Under the pieces are notes generated by a model. The model made no database searches. It was not told the origin of the DNA and worked only from the letters and a program-made list of their open reading frames with translations. Positions 58,713 through 64,000 of a stretch of 64,000 bases of DNA are shown here, piece after piece. Origin of the DNA: Eutreptiella sp. 'Long Island Sound 2002'. Taxonomy: Eukaryota > Protista > Euglenida. Within the stretch, counting starts at the first letter, position 1; each line of letters opens with the position of its first letter. Location: the NCBI GenBank assembly GCA_964036045.1, contig OZ038378.1:9052001-9116000 (forward strand), read 5' to 3'. A program made the position numbers and the translations under genes.

Positions 58713-61700
58713 ATGTCGACCTCAACCGTGAACCCGTGGACCCGCCACAGCCCCATGGTCCAGGAATGCAGGCCCCCGCTGGTGATGAACCGCCTGCTGC
58801 CATTCAGCAAGACGGCGCAGCGCCCCCCGCTTTGCTGGCCCCGCAATGCAGCAGCTTCTGCATGGACGTCGCCGAAGACCCCTCTCATGTGCCCGAGGCC
58901 GCCGAGCTCGTAGAGGAGGAGCGTGAGTTGCAGGAGCCTGTCGACGCTGAACAGAGTGGGAGTGGTGCAGGGGAGCGGCCCGCACAATGTGTGGAGGAGG
59001 AGGCACAGGCAGATACAGCATCATCCTCTCCCTCTGCCTTGGCCTCGGCTGTGCCGGCCCTTGGGACCCCAGAGGCACAGGAGGTACCCGACTCAGAGAA
59101 GGAGACGGGGCCTGTGCAGCGGCATAGCTTTAAGGAGCTTTTGGAGCAGCAGCAGGTGTTTGTGAGGTGAGGAAAGAGGCCAAGGGAGGAGGGAGCCCCC
59201 ACCCCTTCCCCCCATGGACCATCATCCCTCCCAAGGGGACGCTTGGGGACACACCAGAGACTGAATGAAAAAAACACAATACACACAACACACAAAGCAA
59301 AACGGTGCATCTCAGACTTCAAAAAACTTCCCAGACCACATCATGGGACAGGTCTGTAATGGAGCTCCCCGGGAAGTGGAACACTGCTTGCTCCAGTCCA
59401 GTAGGATACCGACAGCCCACCGGGGTGGCAATGCGCTGAAATGTGGCAGGCTGGGGTATACGCGCCATTTTCGCAATTTTTCCATCGTATCTTGTGGGCA
59501 ACAGGAAGAGATACCACATGGCACCAGCACCAGTGCCCATGGCTGCGGGGCTATGCAGCACTCATTGGTGACCCCAAATAAAAGGCCACCGAAAGCTGCG
59601 TCGGTCAGCTGTTATCAAAGATTTCAGAACTCTCGCCGAGGAACCTGGCTTACTGTCCACCTGTGGTCTGCATGCGGCCAGCAGACGCTTGCACTTTTTG
59701 AGAGTGTCAGGGGTCCAACCCGATTCGATTGTGTTGGCTTTGCAGAGGAAAGGACCGTCTTTGATGCTATTGCCTGAAAGTATGCTCCTGGAAGGCATCG
59801 GTTGCTACGTGCAAGCGTGAAAGTGGAATCCAAATTTCCAACGCCCAGGTGATTTTCGAAGGGAGTTTCCGTCGCAGCAACACAATTAGATCTGAGAGTG
59901 CGTCGTGTGTGTGCTGTGGGCAGTACAATACTGTACAAGTATTTGAGAGTTGCATCAGAAACCAGTGCAAAACCGGCAGAGCCAGCTCTGGTCTGCTTTT
60001 CTGGAGTTTATTGAGCAGCGCAGGTCACCAGGTCACCAGCAACAGAACAAGTTGAGCTCCAGTCAAGTTGGAGTTTTGGGGTACAATGACTGAGAATCGA
60101 CAAGGTGGTGGAGGGGGGTTTTGTTCGTCTGGAGAAGAAAAATGACAGGGTGCCTGTTATTTTCAAAGAGTCGCCACCCATCCGTCCTGTATTGCCACGG
60201 AACGGTACGGAACAGTATGTATGGCCACTGAGGAGCACATTCTGCAGTATGTGCTGACACGCGCCTGCGCAGTGCCATAAATGAGCATTCTCAGCCGGGG
60301 GTTTGAGGTCAGGGTGAGGATGCTTGTTCAAATTTTGATTTTCTCCGATCCAAATCGTGGATCAGCGTGAGCGTGTGGGTGGGTCGGAGGATGGGGTAGG
60401 TGTGTCAGCGATATGTCAGGCTTTATTGGGTTCCATGTCCGGCCCATCGCAGATAGTGGTAGTGGTAGTGGTAGCGTGCCTGAGAGTGTACAGGCTCCAC
60501 ATACTTAGTTACTTGTCCTCCCCCTCCTACCCTACTCACCCATCTTACATGGGACGCGGGGCATTTGTGAGAGATTGCCTGTGGCACAACCTGTGCTCCC
60601 TCCCTGGGAAGCAAAGTTGGGGCGGGGGCACACTGCGAGCACACTGGCTGCTGTACCAGGGATGTCCATAGAATTTGCGTCATTTCAAGGGTGGGGGTGG
60701 GGGGTGGGGGGTTGGCTACCTGTGACAATGTCACAGGTTGGATGTTTTGAGGCCGACGGTGACAGTGCCTAGTGGCAGTGATAGTGACCGTGACTGTGAC
60801 TCTGACTGTGACAGTGTTGTTTGATGTATGAGTCTGGTTTTCGGTCACAGGGTACAAGTAGTTCAGATTCCCTCTTTTCCACCTCAAGCAGTGATGACAA
60901 TGACGGCGATACTTCCAGTGACACTGACGATTCCGACAATAGTGCCTGAATAACTTGACATAGAGTGTTGCTTGGAGTGGTGCCTGCCCTGCCCTGCCTC
61001 ACCAGCAGAGCCTCGGACCTGGGACCTGTGACATGTGACATGTAACAGGAAGGAGGGGGGGGCTGGCAAGGGGGACCAACCCCCTCCACTTACTGACATC
61101 CCTGTGCTGTACCACTGGGGCCCTCCAGCGCATTGAAGGGTAGGCCCACCCAAACCAGCCTTGTGTACGCCCCCAGTGACAGGCGCTTCCCTGCCCAGGG
61201 ACCAACCAGAGAAAGGTCGCAGGTTCCGGCGCTACAGGCCCGTTAGCCAAGAAGGAGGGTGGGGGTGCAGGCAACTCCAACGCATATACCTCAAAGCGAT
61301 GCGCCGAGGAGAGTGTATTGAGATGGCTGTGTTGTGAAAACGTCTTGTCAAAAGCGATCTGCACCCCCCCAACTCCAACCCCCATCGGACTCCCTCCCTG
61401 TCCCAAGCACCCCGAACCCCCCCACCCCCTCCACGGTTTTGCCCCCCCCGTTTTCCCGCTGCATGGGACGGGGTCCGGAAGCACGGACTGCCCATGCAAC
61501 AGCCCTTTTGCACACCCTTCCGTGCCCTGTTCAGGAGCAGATGAAGCAGGATGACATGGAGGCTGTCAATGAGCCGATGGTGACCACGCTCGTGCCCACG
61601 TCTCACTGGCAGGGCATGCAAGCAAACCCGCCCTCTCCCGCCATGACTGGTGTCAACCGCCGACTGGACTCGCCCTCTGCCAGAGCCGGACAGCCCACAC

Positions 61701-63120
61701 TGGGCTGTGTGTCCCCCCAAATAGGGGCCAAGCCTACATGCACATCCCCTCAGGCGCAGGAGGCGCTGGGCTGTGCCTCACCGCATCCCAGTGCGATGAC
61801 GCCAGGCAGCCAAATGGGGGGCATGTCCCCATGCCTCAAAGTGCCAGACTCCCCCAATTTCGATCTGGTGAGCGTGACAATGGATGGGGTCGTGTGTGCA
61901 GGTGTGCAAGGCACTGCATCCAACCCCTGAGGCTGCTGGCGTTTCCCGTGCTCTACCGCCCGCCCTGATGACTTGCAGGCCCCGCTCCTGTCCAGGCTTT
62001 GTATTCTGGCTGCTACGCCTGGCCGGGGTTACTATACGACACAAGAAACTTCGTGAAGGAAAGTCTGGTCGCCAGGTTTGGCGATTGGCGATTACCCCCC
62101 GGCGGTTGGGCGTAATAGATTGAAGGAACATAGGTGACAATGTGCACGAAGGCCAAGGAGGGCCCTCTGAGCCGGTTACTGGCCACTCACCACGAGTCCG
62201 CCGCCAACCGCTGGCACCTCTCCGCCAACTGCCTGTAGACACTGGCGAAAGTTTTTTGGTCAGGCACCAGCTGCCGTCTCATAACCGCCAACTGGTTCCA
62301 GTAGATGCCAAGTGCCGCTGGTTAATCGCCCACTCTGGCTGGCCCGGCGCTGCAGGTCAACTGTCGTCGTGTGTGGCATGGTGGAAGGCTTTGTCTGGCA
62401 TTGCTTGCACGAGTCAGCAGTAGCCAGAGGGGATATTGATTGACCCTTGGTTGACGGGGCTCTGGTGGCCATGCTACCCTCCATGACAGAGTCGCGGGCA
62501 GAAAGTTTGGATGCCGAGTACAAGCTGCTGCATGACCAGTACATTGATTTGGAGGCGAAGTATCAACGCCTGCAAGACGAGCATGAGAAGCTCACCGCCG
62601 AATATACCGAGGTCATGAATCGCAACGAGAAGCGCAAAGGGACCATTACCAGCCTCATGAATGTATGTGTTGTGCAGCGGTGGCGGGTTCTTTATGAATG
62701 TATGTGGTGTTCGCCAGGAGTGTGATGTCAGCCTGAAAAACATGGATTTGTTGGTTTGTACGTGAGCCTGTTCAGTACCTGCCCCAAACAGTCCATTTTT
62801 TTGGGGCTGATGGGTGCATTAGCGGGATACATGGGCTTCATATGCACAGCTCTGGCCGAGCTCAAGGTGCGAATGTGTGAATCTTGAGTTGTGCAGTAGT
62901 GTGCAGGGGCTGCGTATGGCCACGAATGGTAGAATGCGTAGGCTCACCTGTGCCTTGATTGCAGAACCAGGAGTGGTACCAGATGCGGATTCAGGAACTT
63001 GAGAACGAGGTTGCCGAGCAGAGCACACGCTATGACAATCTCTACGCCAGTGCCACAGACAAGCTGGCCACTGCTACGAAGGAGCTTGATTCGCGGGACC
63101 AGCTGCTCAAGGCTGCGACG
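58713..63120 (+). CDS. Multi-exon host gene(s): disordered acidic/Pro-rich region followed by a long coiled coil; probably extends beyond these limits
   Basis: GT-AG exons 58713-59155/59166, 61535-61867 (111 codons, phase 0), about 62490-62662 (AEYKLLHDQYIDLEAKYQRLQ... heptads) and 62965-63120 (52 codons). The intron 62663-62964 has GTATGT, a CTCAC branch-like site and TTGCAG. A phase-compatible terminal exon 60889-60949 suggests alternative splicing or two genes. Confidence 0.75.
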
Positions 63121-63579
63121 GTATGCGTCCGAGACCTCCCTCGTTATCTCTCAACCTTGGGGATGCCCAGCCCTGCCGAACCAGCAATACACGTATGGGG
63201 GTTGCAAAACGGGTATGGCTTCCACGGTTTGGGAGGCTGGGGAGCTGTCCCAATCAAGGCTGGTTGTGGACCTCATAGTACACTTGGCGTCCAGTGCCAT
63301 GTCTTTTGTTTGACCTGCTTGTTGGTTGAGAGTGTGTTTGGAGAGGGGGTGTGCGGAGGGGAAGGGCGTGCAGTTTTGTGGGTGAGAGTGGGGTGCTCGT
63401 TCCACTGCTGGTGATTGCAGCCTGCTGTCCCCACGGTGTCCACTGGCTTACCAGCGTGGGCAGAGGCTTCATATTCAGTCATTTCCAGACCGTGATCTTT
63501 GGAGGGTGCTCTCACAGCAGCAGACTTTTAACAGGGCAGGGCCAGGCCTGTGCTTAATTTTTTTTTTCCACAGGGAGGA

Positions 63580-63768
63580 ACCTCCACCAGCCCAATTTTT
63601 CTCAAATGGTTGGGGAGCAATTTTCTTGACATTTCTCAGCCTCCAGCCCCTCCAGCCCTTCCCCCCATCTCCCCAACATTTTCAAGTCCTTTTGCCTTGT
63701 GTTGCCTGGGAAGACGCCCTGGGCATAGAGCCTTTCATCAGGGCGTGGGTGCATCTTCTGGTCAAAGG
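63580..63768 (+). repeat. Dispersed 189-bp repeat, copy 2 (intronic)
   Basis: Matches 55784-55972. Confidence 0.92.
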
Positions 63769-64000
63769 GGGCCAGCCCCCCCCCCCCCCCCGGGACCCCC
63801 CCCTCCTCTGTAAGGGAGGTCAGAAGTAGGTGTCTGTGCACAGTAGAATTTCTTGTTGTTTGATGGGTAGTGGCCTAGTGTTGTGCAAGTCCATGTTGCA
63901 GGACGGGCTTTGGGGTTTCCTCATTTGTATTTCCCTGTTCAGATGTCTCCAGGCACCCATGGAAAAGTCTTTGAACCTCAAATCTGATGTCAGTTTGTCC

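Noticed and set aside
59584-59816. mTERF-like exon (RLHFLRVSGVQPDSIVLALQRKGPSL)
   Set aside because: Only a vague single-repeat resemblance; weak splice sites and the phase does not fit the neighbouring exons.

Overview
Eukaryotic, repeat-rich genomic DNA; no prokaryotic operons, rRNA, convincing tRNA genes or CRISPR arrays were seen. The style (GT-AG multi-exon genes, long G/C runs, one repeat family I recall from Eutreptiella sequences) suggests a euglenid, but that is inference. Roughly 2.4-29 kb is a nest of decayed retrotransposons: two divergent chromodomain-bearing Ty3/gypsy elements on + (E1 2429-7121; E2 about 8991-19266), a third badly decayed gypsy fragment on - (about 27.3-29.2 kb), a 4.9-kb non-autonomous element made of three 865-bp LTRs and two internal units inserted into the E2 chromodomain with a 4-bp TSD, and a 5'-truncated RT-RNase H LINE with a 15-bp TSD. 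The right half holds host-like genes (a long single ORF with a LOTUS/winged-helix-like domain, a compact multi-exon unknown gene, a multi-exon coiled-coil gene), a MITE, minisatellites and microsatellites. The standout observation is that both gypsy polyproteins carry a Dam-like N6-adenine DNA methyltransferase domain upstream of RT (NPPF in E1, NPRF in E2; in E2 it clearly lies between protease and RT) together with a C-terminal chromodomain. The LINE also appears to carry a Tudor-like domain, and the triple-LTR element looks self-priming. All domain calls are motif recognition by eye; no searches were run.
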